This document shows positions 47,242 through 56,856 of a DNA stretch of 64,000 nucleotides, one piece after another. The notes below the pieces were generated by a model. It saw only the letters and a list, made by a program, of their open reading frames with translations. It was not told where the DNA came from and searched no databases. The number at the start of each line of letters is the position of its first letter. Positions within the stretch are counted from its first letter, which is position 1. The position numbers were made by a program, and so were the translations under genes. The stretch lies in NCBI GenBank assembly GCA_027317865.1, contig DAHVQG010000002.1:192001-256000 (forward strand), read 5' to 3'. This DNA is from Bdellovibrionales bacterium. GTDB taxonomy: Bacteria; Bdellovibrionota; Bdellovibrionia; Bdellovibrionales; UBA1609.

Positions 47242-48135
47242 TTATTTTTTGGCTAGTTTTATTACCTTATCTTTCACTTCCGCGACGATAACAGTTTGGT
47301 CGCGTGGCGGCTCGACTCCGGCGGTAAATTCTTGTAACCGGTAAAAAATCTGATTGCGCAGCTCGTGGACTCCTTGGCTGGCAAACTCCAAAATAGCTTG
47401 ATAAAGGCGGTCTTCACCAAACTGATGGCCATCTAAATCCTTCGCCTCGACGACACCGGGCGTACAAAAAATAAGTTTGTCGCGCGGGTTCAATTCGACG
47501 GACTGCGCTCGAATCGGCGCATCAAACGCAACTTGAATTGCCGGCAATTCTGATTTCAACAGGCGAAGTTCGGAATTCGAGCTGTCATAGTGCAACGCCC
47601 TAATGCCACCCAGCTTAACGTAGTTAAGTGAAAATTGCCGGCGATCAAACACTCCATAAAATAGATCGGCAAAATCTTGAGGAGCGCTTGCGGGTTTAAT
47701 TTCACGCACAATTTTTTCAATGAGACTGGATGGGTCAGATTGTCTTCTCCCCTCCATACGTCCCGTCATCTTAAGCAAAATAGAAAGAAGTAGCGCCGAC
47801 ATGGCGTGCCCGGACCCCGCCGCAACAATGACACCAAATCGCGAACGATCTTCGTGTTCAAATATATCGAAATAGTCACCGCCGCGTTGAAAACTTGCTA
47901 AAAATTTTGATGAAAACTCAAAACCCTGAATTTGTGGAATTTCAGTCGGCACCAAGTGCTTTTGAATCAAATGAACCAGCCGCAACTCTTGATTGAGTTT
48001 GCCGATGAGCGATTCAAGCCGCTGGTTGGCTTGACTGAGTTCCCGCCGAAATACGGCGAGATCTTTTTCGCGCTCGGAGACTTCGAGTTCGAGCTCCACA
48101 ATTCGCGCTCGCAATTGTTCAATATTTTCTGCCAT
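47242..48135 (-). CDS. Coiled-coil + PP2C/SpoIIE-family phosphatase domain, apparently degenerate
   Basis: IQ..L.P, GGDYFD and FGEDRL retained; the DVSGHG and TDG motifs are altered. Confidence 0.85.
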   Translation of the reverse strand: MAENIEQLRARIVELELEVSEREKDLAVFRRELSQANQRLESLIGKLNQELRLVHLIQKHLVPTEIPQIQGFEFSSKFLASFQRGGDYFDIFEHEDRSRFGVIVAAGSGHAMSALLLSILLKMTGRMEGRRQSDPSSLIEKIVREIKPASAPQDFADLFYGVFDRRQFSLNYVKLGGIRALHYDSSNSELRLLKSELPAIQVAFDAPIRAQSVELNPRDKLIFCTPGVVEAKDLDGHQFGEDRLYQAILEFASQGVHELRNQIFYRLQEFTAGVEPPRDQTVIVAEVKDKVIKLAKK

Positions 48136-48237
48136 AAAACTATTGTCGAATCCGTGACATGCTTAGTCAACAGTTCGCAATGCTTGAAAATCGGCTGACG
48201 GTTACGTACGAAAAAGCTCGAGGGGGCGTGCAGCATA

Positions 48238-49020
48238 ATGTCTTTGGACTTTGATAACTCGCGATTGATTGATTCTCCGTTGAGCGCCCTGGTTTGGATT
48301 AATCAATCGCTTAGGTCAAACGACAGCACAAATTCAACCGATGCCGATTACCTTTTGCGGCCGGTCAACTTCATGTACTACGAACTTGCGAGTTTGACCT
48401 CGGGCCTGCCTGACGACGAACTTTTTGCGTCCCTCAATCACTATTTGTTCGATACCAAAAAATTTCAGATCGCGGCAGCACCGGTTTTACTCGACGAAAT
48501 CCTGGCGGATCGTCGGGGTTGCTATTCCGCAATTGCTTTACTGTACATGCATTTGGGTTGTCGGCTTGGTCTTAAAATCGATTTCTTGCGTTGGCCCAAC
48601 CGCGCCATTCTTAAATGGGAATGCCAAGGGAGATCTCGATACGTCAATCTTGAAGAGTGTGGCCGCTTTTTGACTGAAGATGAGCTTTTAAATATTTTAA
48701 ATAACGAGCGAAAGGATTCGATCGCCTCGCTCAGTTTACAAGAATCCGTCGTCCAGTATCTTACCTACCTCTCTTTTTATTACCGGCAATATGCGGACAC
48801 CGATCGTCTACATAAAACTTTCGGAATGATCCTTTCATTTGAACCAGACAACATGCGGATTTTAGCCGAACGCGCACTCTTGCGGCGCGATCTTGGTCTT
48901 TTGAAAGACGCCCTCCAAGACATGAAACGATATTTCTCATTTAACGAAAAAGTGAATTCTAATTCGGATCTCGCACTCGTTTACGAGGAGCTCAAATCAC
49001 GGGTTTCGCCGCCCTTGTGA
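48238..49020 (+). CDS. SirB1 / transglutaminase-like + TPR protein
   Basis: LN.YLF, L...RRG...IALLY and a C-terminal TPR-like ERALL...A..D...Y. Confidence 0.7.
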   Translation: MSLDFDNSRLIDSPLSALVWINQSLRSNDSTNSTDADYLLRPVNFMYYELASLTSGLPDDELFASLNHYLFDTKKFQIAAAPVLLDEILADRRGCYSAIALLYMHLGCRLGLKIDFLRWPNRAILKWECQGRSRYVNLEECGRFLTEDELLNILNNERKDSIASLSLQESVVQYLTYLSFYYRQYADTDRLHKTFGMILSFEPDNMRILAERALLRRDLGLLKDALQDMKRYFSFNEKVNSNSDLALVYEELKSRVSPPL

Positions 49021-49637
49021 GCGGCCCCGGTCGTGACATACACATCGTATCGCACCGATTTGCCAATCAAAGAGTGACTGGGCTTTTGTCCGGCAAGCCA
49101 TGGCGCATGTTTAGGTCGTTTTACAATGACCCGAAATTGCGCCACATTAAGTGCGGCCAAGAGCAGCTGCCGTTCATCCTCTTGTGTCGGCGGCGGCTCA
49201 AGCAGTTGTAAAAGGCGCGTTTCTTTACTGGCGGCTGCCGACTTTTTCTTCTCCGGAAACATCGGGTCCAAGTATACGATATCAGGGCGTAGGCGGTCGG
49301 GCTCCGATCCAGCTTGATTCGACAATTGCTTTAGCCAAGTCACCGCTTCGGCGTGAATTAAATTAAAATTACTTGGCTGGCGAATCCCGCTAAATGCGCG
49401 AAACAATTTTTCGTTTCGCTCGATCGCCACAACTCGACAGCCGAGGGCGATCAGGTGCATGCTGTCACGGCACAAACCGGCGGTCGCATCGATAACAAAT
49501 GGTTTTTGTTTATTTTTAGCCGGGCGCCCCAAGGCTTTAGATAAAAGATCGGTTTTGACGCCGACGAGGCGGCGATGCTTAAACTCTACGGATACTTTTA
49601 GGGTTTTATCGCCGTCCAAAACTTCTAGATACATCAT
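48981..49637 (-). CDS. rsmJ: 16S rRNA m2G1516 methyltransferase
   Basis: IDATAGLCRD, IER, DIVYLDPMFP, RVIVKRP and GKSVRYDVY motifs; ATGA overlap with the upstream gene. Confidence 0.88.
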   Translation of the reverse strand: MMYLEVLDGDKTLKVSVEFKHRRLVGVKTDLLSKALGRPAKNKQKPFVIDATAGLCRDSMHLIALGCRVVAIERNEKLFRAFSGIRQPSNFNLIHAEAVTWLKQLSNQAGSEPDRLRPDIVYLDPMFPEKKKSAAASKETRLLQLLEPPPTQEDERQLLLAALNVAQFRVIVKRPKHAPWLAGQKPSHSLIGKSVRYDVYVTTGAAHKGGETRDLSSS

Positions 49638-50755
49638 AAAATTGCGAATCCGATCACAATGATCCCGCAAATTAAGTGAACGATAAGAGTTTCTTTTAAA
49701 ATGTTCGGAAGAGACGAGGCAAGTGGTGAACTTGTTCGCCAAATTCTAATTGCTAGACCTAAATTTAAAATCAGCATTAGAGCTGCCGCAAGCACCCACC
49801 ACGGCCAATGCATCGCAACTAAGAAAAGCGTGAAACAAAGTCCTGCCAAGACAAACAAACATGCTACGAAACGCTTTGAGCGATCAAAACCAAATTCGAC
49901 CGCAAGTGTGCGCAGTCCCGCCACGTCATCCACTACAACACTTATAAGATGCCGAATTTCAACATACGAAACGGCAAGTATTCCAAAACCGCTGCCCAAT
50001 AAAGCACATCTACCAAAGGGCAGCGGATCATGCGCAACAATATTTGCACCAAAAGTTAGCAGCGGTCCCAATGCGAAAAATAAAGACAAATCACCGGCGA
50101 TCCAATTCGCACTCGTTCGCCTTAAGCCACTTTCAAGCTCCCGACCACGGCGAAGTGCCGAATAACCTATTATTCCAATTCCGCCACCTAAAGCAGAAAG
50201 CCACACTAAGTTCAATGAATTAACGAGGACGGGCAAAGAAAAAATAACGGCCAAGACAAGGAGCGCGCGAGACAAGCGGCGGACAGTCACCGCACGAATC
50301 CAACCGTTTTGTATAACGCGACTTCCGCCTTTTTCGTTGAGCCTGTCAATACCGCTTAGATGATCGACAAAGTCATTGCGGCAGTAGATCGCGCCGTGCA
50401 AAAACAGAAGCGACAAAAGCGCGAAGCTCGCGTGCTCAATCAAAATACCGGATTTTTCAAAAAATACGGTAACCACCGGCAACAATGTGAGCCCCACCAA
50501 ATCAAGCCGCATAAGCCGCGCGAGAACTTTGAGTAACGACGGCTTTTTTACTTCATCGCGATTTAAAATCTGAAACGTTATTTTCTCTTCACGCGAATTA
50601 ATATGGAGCGACTGAATAGGCAACGCCACCTGAGCGTTTGGGAGTTCACCTAATAAATATTTTTGAAAATCGGGATGAGTTCGATCAATAGTCAGAAATG
50701 AAGGCTTTGTTTTCGGCGGGTCTTGTAGACTCATGAAATTTAAACTTTTCGCCAA
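49634..50755 (-). CDS. UbiA-family prenyltransferase, divergent MenA paralog
   Basis: NDFVDHLSGIDR...GSRVIQ first motif, D..AG.RTLA; polytopic; soluble N-terminal extension. Confidence 0.75.
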   Translation of the reverse strand: MAKSLNFMSLQDPPKTKPSFLTIDRTHPDFQKYLLGELPNAQVALPIQSLHINSREEKITFQILNRDEVKKPSLLKVLARLMRLDLVGLTLLPVVTVFFEKSGILIEHASFALLSLLFLHGAIYCRNDFVDHLSGIDRLNEKGGSRVIQNGWIRAVTVRRLSRALLVLAVIFSLPVLVNSLNLVWLSALGGGIGIIGYSALRRGRELESGLRRTSANWIAGDLSLFFALGPLLTFGANIVAHDPLPFGRCALLGSGFGILAVSYVEIRHLISVVVDDVAGLRTLAVEFGFDRSKRFVACLFVLAGLCFTLFLVAMHWPWWVLAAALMLILNLGLAIRIWRTSSPLASSLPNILKETLIVHLICGIIVIGFAIL

Positions 50756-51672
50756 TACAAAATACCCGGCAATGATTTAAAATCGGAAACGACTCCTTGA
50801 ACATCGCCCGGCAGAATTTGCGCCAGTTGTTCGCAGTGGTGTTCAAATAGCTCGATCACTTTTCGGTTATGCTCATCAAACTGCTCAAGTTTCGAAAAAA
50901 AGCTTTCTTCTCCAACGACGCTATAGACTTCTTGCTTTGTCTTGCAGTCGCGAAACCGAGCCTTTTGTTGTTCGCTCATGTCGCGAGTGAGAAACGTCGC
51001 AAATGAATTCATATACCCCGATTGCAAATCACCTAAAATTGCTTTGCCTTCATAATTACGTATATCGAAATCCAAAAGATCGTCGCTTCGCTGAAAGAGC
51101 AAGCCGAGTAAACTGCCCATCTCCTCCAAACAACGATGTAGATCAGCCACGTCGTTATGAGCCGCAATAAACGGCGAGCGGATGCACCATTTAAAAAGTG
51201 AGGCCGTTTTTAGATCGTGAACGCGGTCAAGTTGCAAAAGACTCACGTCCCAGTCTTCGATCAATGAATCCTGAATCCATTCGCCTTCAAGCAAATCCGA
51301 GATGACCTCGGCCGTGTATTGAATCAGTGCCAAATTGCCATGCCGAGAAAGATTCACCATTACGCGCGCGAGAAGATAGTCGCCTGCCAATACCGCATAT
51401 TCGGGCGTATACTTGAGCCATGCCGCCGTTTTTTCACGGCGAAGCGGCGAGCGGTCGATCAGGTCATCGTGCAAAAGCGAAGCGTTGTGAATGAATTCAA
51501 TCGTTTGCGCGAGCAGATGTACGGTTTGATCCGGCAAGCGCAAGTGCCCCGATATCCTTTGAATCAATTTAGCCCGAAAACCCTTACCATGCGAAAAAAG
51601 ATCGTCGTAAAGTGCATTCAGCTTTGGTAAATAGCTTGGAAAGTCGTCTGGAGCGTAAACTTTAAGGTTCAT
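50740..51672 (-). CDS. Polyprenyl diphosphate synthase
   Basis: GKGFR, ASLLHDDLID...RR, AVLAGD, KTASLF and FQ..DDLLD motifs. Confidence 0.93.
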   Translation of the reverse strand: MNLKVYAPDDFPSYLPKLNALYDDLFSHGKGFRAKLIQRISGHLRLPDQTVHLLAQTIEFIHNASLLHDDLIDRSPLRREKTAAWLKYTPEYAVLAGDYLLARVMVNLSRHGNLALIQYTAEVISDLLEGEWIQDSLIEDWDVSLLQLDRVHDLKTASLFKWCIRSPFIAAHNDVADLHRCLEEMGSLLGLLFQRSDDLLDFDIRNYEGKAILGDLQSGYMNSFATFLTRDMSEQQKARFRDCKTKQEVYSVVGEESFFSKLEQFDEHNRKVIELFEHHCEQLAQILPGDVQGVVSDFKSLPGILYWRKV

Positions 51673-51743
51673 ACCGACAAAGAGCGTTACTGACTCGCAA
51701 CAAGCGTGTCAAGAAACAAGCGACGGATTTAGCTACAGGATAA

Positions 51744-52157
51744 TTGATGGCACAGTTACTTTTTGAAAAAAGCATCACCGTCCATTTTGGTGATACCGAC
51801 CCCCAAGGGATATTGTATTTTGCCCGGGCATTTGAGTTGGCCCACGAAACCATTGAAGATTTTTGGGCAGCCAATTCACTTGGATGGGCCTTTTGGTTTC
51901 AAAACTCTGATTTTACCGTGCCGTTGCGCCATGCCGAAGCCGATTTTCAAAAGCCGGCACGAGCGGGCGAAATTTGCTCAGCGCAACTCTACTTAGTTCG
52001 TGTCGGCAATACATCGGTCGAATTTCAGGTTGAACTATATGACTCATCCGGAAGCCTTTTAACTACAGTGAAAACGATTCACGTTTTTGTCGATCGACGT
52101 TCCTTAAAAAAAATGAACGTTCCGGATCGTATACGCGAACAACTGGAGCGAAATTGA
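51744..52157 (+). CDS. 4HBT-family acyl-CoA thioesterase, probable DHNA-CoA hydrolase
   Basis: VHFGDTDPQGILYF motif; embedded in the men cluster. Confidence 0.8.
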   Translation: MMAQLLFEKSITVHFGDTDPQGILYFARAFELAHETIEDFWAANSLGWAFWFQNSDFTVPLRHAEADFQKPARAGEICSAQLYLVRVGNTSVEFQVELYDSSGSLLTTVKTIHVFVDRRSLKKMNVPDRIREQLERN

Positions 52158-52158
52158 A

Positions 52159-53316
52159 CTACGGCAGCCCCAGTTGTTTTTTTAATTCGGCGATTCGAAC
52201 TTTGCCAAGTTCCGTTTTTGGAATTTCACGCACAAAATAAACCGATTGAATTTTTGCAACAGGCAACACTTGAACATTAAATTCATTCACAAAAGATTCG
52301 TGTCCGCGAAAGCAATCAAGCGGTAACACGAGCGTAATCTCATGGCCGCGCCTGGCATCTAATGTGGGTAAAATCGCAAAATCGATCGCGCGCCGATGAT
52401 TTGATAAAATACGAAAAAACAATTGCGTGAGCTCGAGCAAGTTGACTGCCTCACCTGAAACTTTCACTATATCGCCAACTCGCCCTTTAGGAGTGAGCCA
52501 AATACGCTCTGGATCGCGCTCGTCAAAACTGAGTTCAGCGCGATCTTTCATGACGTACCACTCCCCTGCCCGCCACAATACGTCAGTCGCTTCGGTTGTA
52601 ATATCCGCACGAACCGAAAACAACGCTGAACTCTGAATTGCCAGCCGGTCATCTTCCATCAGCTTAACCTCTATATGCGGCAAAACACGAAGCTCGGGAT
52701 AAGCGTCACCAGAAAGAGAACTCAGTTCAGCAGTTGCAATTTGCGAACAAACTTCTGTCGCGCCAAAAGTCGGCAAAACCGGAAAACCCAACTCACGAGC
52801 CTGAAAATAAAGCTCTTCAGAAAGAGCCGCACTGCCAACAATAACCGCACGTAGCGAGTGCGGAGCTTTACGGCCTAATTTTACTAAATCAAATACTTGT
52901 GTGGGTACGATAGCCGCCAGCGTCGCCTGCGATTCGTTAACCCAAGAATGAAATTTATCGGCACCCCACTTATCAAAACTTCGATCGATCACCGTTTGAT
53001 GGCCCAAAAACGCACGCGCCAAAATGCTCAACCCGCCCGCATGAAACACCGGAAGAGTTAATATCCACTTGTCATTCATTGTAACGTCAAGATGCCGATT
53101 GACCGCTTCGGCGCCGATCAAAATCGCGGTTTTTTTTAAACCATATAAAGTAATCGAGCCAATTGATGTCGTGCCCGAAGAGCCCAACCAAATAACGCCG
53201 CCCATTTTAGGCAGGCGATCCAGATGAACCCGCGATTTCAGTTCCGCCGGCAAACGTGGGTTGAGCAGAACGTATGATTCAGAAGAGGACCAGTCAATTA
53301 GCTGAGCTCGATCCAC
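52159..53316 (-). CDS. menE: o-Succinylbenzoate--CoA ligase
   Basis: SSGTT, LPVFHAGG, FGATE.CSQIAT, GR.GD..KVSGE and PKTELGK motifs; GTG start at 53316 with a GGAG SD. Confidence 0.88.
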   Translation of the reverse strand: MDRAQLIDWSSSESYVLLNPRLPAELKSRVHLDRLPKMGGVIWLGSSGTTSIGSITLYGLKKTAILIGAEAVNRHLDVTMNDKWILTLPVFHAGGLSILARAFLGHQTVIDRSFDKWGADKFHSWVNESQATLAAIVPTQVFDLVKLGRKAPHSLRAVIVGSAALSEELYFQARELGFPVLPTFGATEVCSQIATAELSSLSGDAYPELRVLPHIEVKLMEDDRLAIQSSALFSVRADITTEATDVLWRAGEWYVMKDRAELSFDERDPERIWLTPKGRVGDIVKVSGEAVNLLELTQLFFRILSNHRRAIDFAILPTLDARRGHEITLVLPLDCFRGHESFVNEFNVQVLPVAKIQSVYFVREIPKTELGKVRIAELKKQLGLP

Positions 53317-54311
53317 TTTTGACTCTCCAAAAGACGATCGAAACCAAATCCGTGCCCGTCCGGCGGCACAATGTGCGGACCGTCGTTTTTTATCGCCTCT
53401 TGAAATGTCGGCGATTGATAAACGTCGTGTTGCTGCAACCCACACGAAAGAAGTCTTTCACCAAGAAGCGGCGCCACCTTCTGCGCGCTGTAGTAGGCCG
53501 CCATCTGCCCGAGCGGGAAGTCCAAATATTGCGTGACCACGAACTTTTTCTTTTGATTATGTTCCGAGCGTACAATTTGCATTTCATCTTCAACGGCCGG
53601 TTTGACGATCAAAATACTGGCACCCTCGGCGGCGAGTTTTACTTGAAGTGGCGCAAAATCAAGAGCTAGTGGAATATTCCAATGCTCGCTGACTTCACGC
53701 CATTCTCGATGATCATAGGCAAACGGATCTTCAAAAAATTCGACCCGCGATCTTAACCACCCTTGATTTTTTTCAAACCAGTAAACAAAACGCTCGCGTC
53801 CGAGACTCATGTTAAAATCAAGCCGAAAACGCAAACGATGGCTCGAACGCGCGCACAGTTGGTCAAGCCGCTCGGTCTCCGCTTGTAAATCCCAACCCAT
53901 TTTTACTTTAATCTCGGTATAGCCGGCGGCTTCGAGTTGGGCGACTCGCACCAGATCAAACCGCAAAATATCGTGAATTAAAAAATGATTCTTTATTCGC
54001 ACACACTCAGTCCCCGTTCGATTTGAATCTTCGTCAAAAAGACTGCGCTCCTCGCTTCGAGCAACCGCATCGATTCGGGCAAAATGAAGAGAGCGCTCTC
54101 CAATCGCGCTTGGATTAAGTCCGACTAAATCTTTAAGTTCGCGCTCAAGGGGACGGTCACCCATTTCAGCAAACGGGCATAAATCGCTAAAGCCTGTTTT
54201 ACCGTCGTCAAAGCGCACTCGCAAAATTGCGCCGTTACGAAACTTCGTTTTGGCGCGGCTGTTAATCACGCTTCGCGGGACGAGTTGATATGATGAATAC
54301 CAAATTTTCAT
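53298..54311 (-). CDS. menC: o-Succinylbenzoate synthase
   Basis: Enolase-superfamily KVK, RLDFN, FEDP, LALD and KP motifs. Confidence 0.85.
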   Translation of the reverse strand: MKIWYSSYQLVPRSVINSRAKTKFRNGAILRVRFDDGKTGFSDLCPFAEMGDRPLERELKDLVGLNPSAIGERSLHFARIDAVARSEERSLFDEDSNRTGTECVRIKNHFLIHDILRFDLVRVAQLEAAGYTEIKVKMGWDLQAETERLDQLCARSSHRLRFRLDFNMSLGRERFVYWFEKNQGWLRSRVEFFEDPFAYDHREWREVSEHWNIPLALDFAPLQVKLAAEGASILIVKPAVEDEMQIVRSEHNQKKKFVVTQYLDFPLGQMAAYYSAQKVAPLLGERLLSCGLQQHDVYQSPTFQEAIKNDGPHIVPPDGHGFGFDRLLESQKWIELS

Positions 54312-55204
54312 TTGGTTAAGAATATTAGCGAAAGAATAGCACCATAGCCAGCATGGAGTGCCGCTGCATGCGCTAAATATTGATTATATGCCTCAGAAGG
54401 CTCCGTAGCATACACTTCGCGCACAATTTTAAGCGCAAGTGGTAGAAGCACAAAGGGAGCCAACATCAAAAATCCCGGCCACATCTTCATCCAATAAACC
54501 TGCAACGCGAAAGGCAAAAAGGTGAGTACCAAAATTTCAGCACGGGCAAATTTGACACCAAAGCGAACGGCTAAAGTTTTCTTCTGAACTTTTTCGTCTT
54601 GATGAACGTCGCGCAAATTATTAATGGCAATCAAAACTGTCGAAAGAAAACCGATTTGTAAGCCCAGAATAAGTGCTGAAAAACTATAGGTGCCGGTTTG
54701 CAAGAAAAATACGCCCCCCACGGCGATGAGACCAAAAAATAAAATCACAAAAAGATCGCCGAGCCCCAAGTAAGCAAGTGGAAATGGCCCTCCGGTATAA
54801 CTGTATGCCATTAATATTGATACGATGCCGATAGCTAAAATATAAGAACCCCCATGCGCGACGAGCGGAATACCCGCGGCAACCGCTATGGCGATCATGA
54901 CCGCAGCGGCTTGGCGCACGCGAACGCGGGAGACAAGTTGACTTTGCGTCACGCGCTGAGGACCAATGCGTTCGTGTGTGTCAGCACCTTTTTCAAAATC
55001 CAAATAATCGTTAATAAAATTAGTCGCAATTTGAATAGCCAATGCCGAGATCAGTGCAAATAAAAAAATCCAAAGCAAAAAGGGCGCCGTCGTTTTAGCA
55101 AGAGCTGTCGCCACCACTACGGGCACAATCGCTGCCGTCAGAGTTTTCGGCCGGCTCGCTTGCAACCAGACTTTGCCACTTTTCGCTATCGCATCTAAAC
55201 GCAT
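54308..55204 (-). CDS. menA: DHNA polyprenyltransferase
   Basis: RPKTL, NDYLDFEKGADT..RIGP, YTGGPFPLAY.GLG and NNLRD...D....KKTLAV motifs. Confidence 0.95.
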   Translation of the reverse strand: MRLDAIAKSGKVWLQASRPKTLTAAIVPVVVATALAKTTAPFLLWIFLFALISALAIQIATNFINDYLDFEKGADTHERIGPQRVTQSQLVSRVRVRQAAAVMIAIAVAAGIPLVAHGGSYILAIGIVSILMAYSYTGGPFPLAYLGLGDLFVILFFGLIAVGGVFFLQTGTYSFSALILGLQIGFLSTVLIAINNLRDVHQDEKVQKKTLAVRFGVKFARAEILVLTFLPFALQVYWMKMWPGFLMLAPFVLLPLALKIVREVYATEPSEAYNQYLAHAAALHAGYGAILSLIFLTK

Positions 55205-55211
55205 GTCGGCT

Positions 55212-56042
55212 CTATGGGAGTCGCGGGAATTTTCTAAAGTCGGGCTTGCGTTTTTCAACAAAGGCATTCTTACCTTCTTTAGCTTCTTCTGAAAGGTAGT
55301 ACAATAACGTGGCATTCCCGGCAAAATCGAGAAGACCCATCTGACCGTCACAATCGGCGTTCATCGCGGACTTCAAACAACGAAGTGCCATTGGCGACAA
55401 CGCCATCATTTCGCGACACCATTTGAGGGTTTCTGTTTCAAGATTTTCGTAGGGCACAACCGTGTTGACAAGACCCATATCAAGGGCTTCTTTGGCGCCG
55501 TATTGCCGACACAAAAACCAAATCTCCCGGGCCTTTTTTTGACCCACAATGCGGGAGAGGTAACTTGAGCCAAGCCCTCCGTCAAAACTGCCAACTCGCG
55601 GACCCGTTTGACCAAAGCGCGCATTGTCGGCGGCAATTGTTAAATCGCAGACCACATGCAAAACATGGCCTCCGCCAATTGCGTAACCTGCGACCATAGC
55701 AACAACAGGCTTTGGTAAATAACGAATCATTTTTTGTAAATCTAAAACATTGAGCCGCGGCACGCCGTCATCTCCGACATATCCACCGTTGCCGCGAACT
55801 CGTTGATCGCCACCTGAGCAAAAAGCTTCGCGGCCTTCGCCAGTTAATATGACCACCCCCACTCCCGAATCATCGCGACAAATTGCAAATGCGTCTTTCA
55901 TTTCTTCAACGGTCAACGGGCGAAATGCATTGCGGACTTCGGGACGATTAATAGTAACTTTCGCAATCCCATCTTCAGTTCGTTCGAATTTGATATCGGT
56001 ATATTTTTTGACTGGTGTCCAAGTCTGCACGATGCCCTCCAT
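55212..56042 (-). CDS. menB: 1,4-Dihydroxy-2-naphthoyl-CoA synthase
   Basis: [24 protein letters not shown] and [13 protein letters not shown] motifs. Confidence 0.98.
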   Translation of the reverse strand: MEGIVQTWTPVKKYTDIKFERTEDGIAKVTINRPEVRNAFRPLTVEEMKDAFAICRDDSGVGVVILTGEGREAFCSGGDQRVRGNGGYVGDDGVPRLNVLDLQKMIRYLPKPVVAMVAGYAIGGGHVLHVVCDLTIAADNARFGQTGPRVGSFDGGLGSSYLSRIVGQKKAREIWFLCRQYGAKEALDMGLVNTVVPYENLETETLKWCREMMALSPMALRCLKSAMNADCDGQMGLLDFAGNATLLYYLSEEAKEGKNAFVEKRKPDFRKFPRLP

Positions 56043-56109
56043 TCACGCGCATAAAAGCGCAATATTATTCTCTATAGCTTATTTCTATAGCTCAGCTTGA
56101 AACACGCTC

Positions 56110-56853
56110 TTACACCAAGTCGAGCTTTTGAACAAGTTGCCGCCCCAACTCTTCGGGATTGTCAAAAATGAGCCGATGCCCGGCATTTTTGATTATGCTC
56201 AAGTCCTCAATAAATCCCGCCGTTTTTAGATCTTCAAACAACTTTCGATAATTTGTGTCGTGTTCGCCCGCAAACCAATGCAGTTTCGGCTTAAGTGCAT
56301 TCAACTTTTCGGGGGCAAAGTCGTGCCGAGCTAGCGACCAGTTCACGAGCGCAAGAGCTAGCCCTTCACGATTCAAATCGCGGTCATCGCGAACCGGGTT
56401 TTTCGAGTGTACAAACACGGGTTGTGCGTTCCAGAGATTTACAACGTCTTGCCAAGGTAATTTAAGAAATTTTTCGGCCCACAACGCATCTGAACTTTGA
56501 CGCGCGATCCTTTGTTCTTCGGAGCGTAAACCAGGATGAGACGAAATCAGAACAACTTCATCCCACAGTCCCGGCTTATCGTAAATTGCCTGCAAAGCAA
56601 GGCGCCCCCCGAGCGAATAGCCCATTAAAATATTGCGCTCAAGATGCCGGTTTTTTTGTGAGTTGTTAAACCGTTTGGCCCATTCAGCCGCGCTTCGTTC
56701 TTTCACATTTGGCATTTTTGAAAAAAGACCGACTGTTTGAAATTTCACTTGAGGCGCAAGTTCTTTAAGCTTTCGTCTCACCGGGCCCCAGTCTTGCGGC
56801 TGCCCTAAAAATCCGTGAATTGCAACAATTCGTGTTGAAACCGGCTCAGACAT
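56110..56853 (-). CDS. menH: SHCHC synthase
   Basis: HGFLG, GYSLGGR, R..SD..WA, W..QPVF and AGH motifs; lies between menD and menB. Confidence 0.9.
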   Translation of the reverse strand: MSEPVSTRIVAIHGFLGQPQDWGPVRRKLKELAPQVKFQTVGLFSKMPNVKERSAAEWAKRFNNSQKNRHLERNILMGYSLGGRLALQAIYDKPGLWDEVVLISSHPGLRSEEQRIARQSSDALWAEKFLKLPWQDVVNLWNAQPVFVHSKNPVRDDRDLNREGLALALVNWSLARHDFAPEKLNALKPKLHWFAGEHDTNYRKLFEDLKTAGFIEDLSIIKNAGHRLIFDNPEELGRQLVQKLDLV

Positions 56854-56856
56854 TAT

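Noticed and set aside
56068-56093. Direct repeat TCTATAGCT twice between menH and menB
   Set aside because: Only two 9-bp copies, compatible with chance or a small duplication; no function can be supported.
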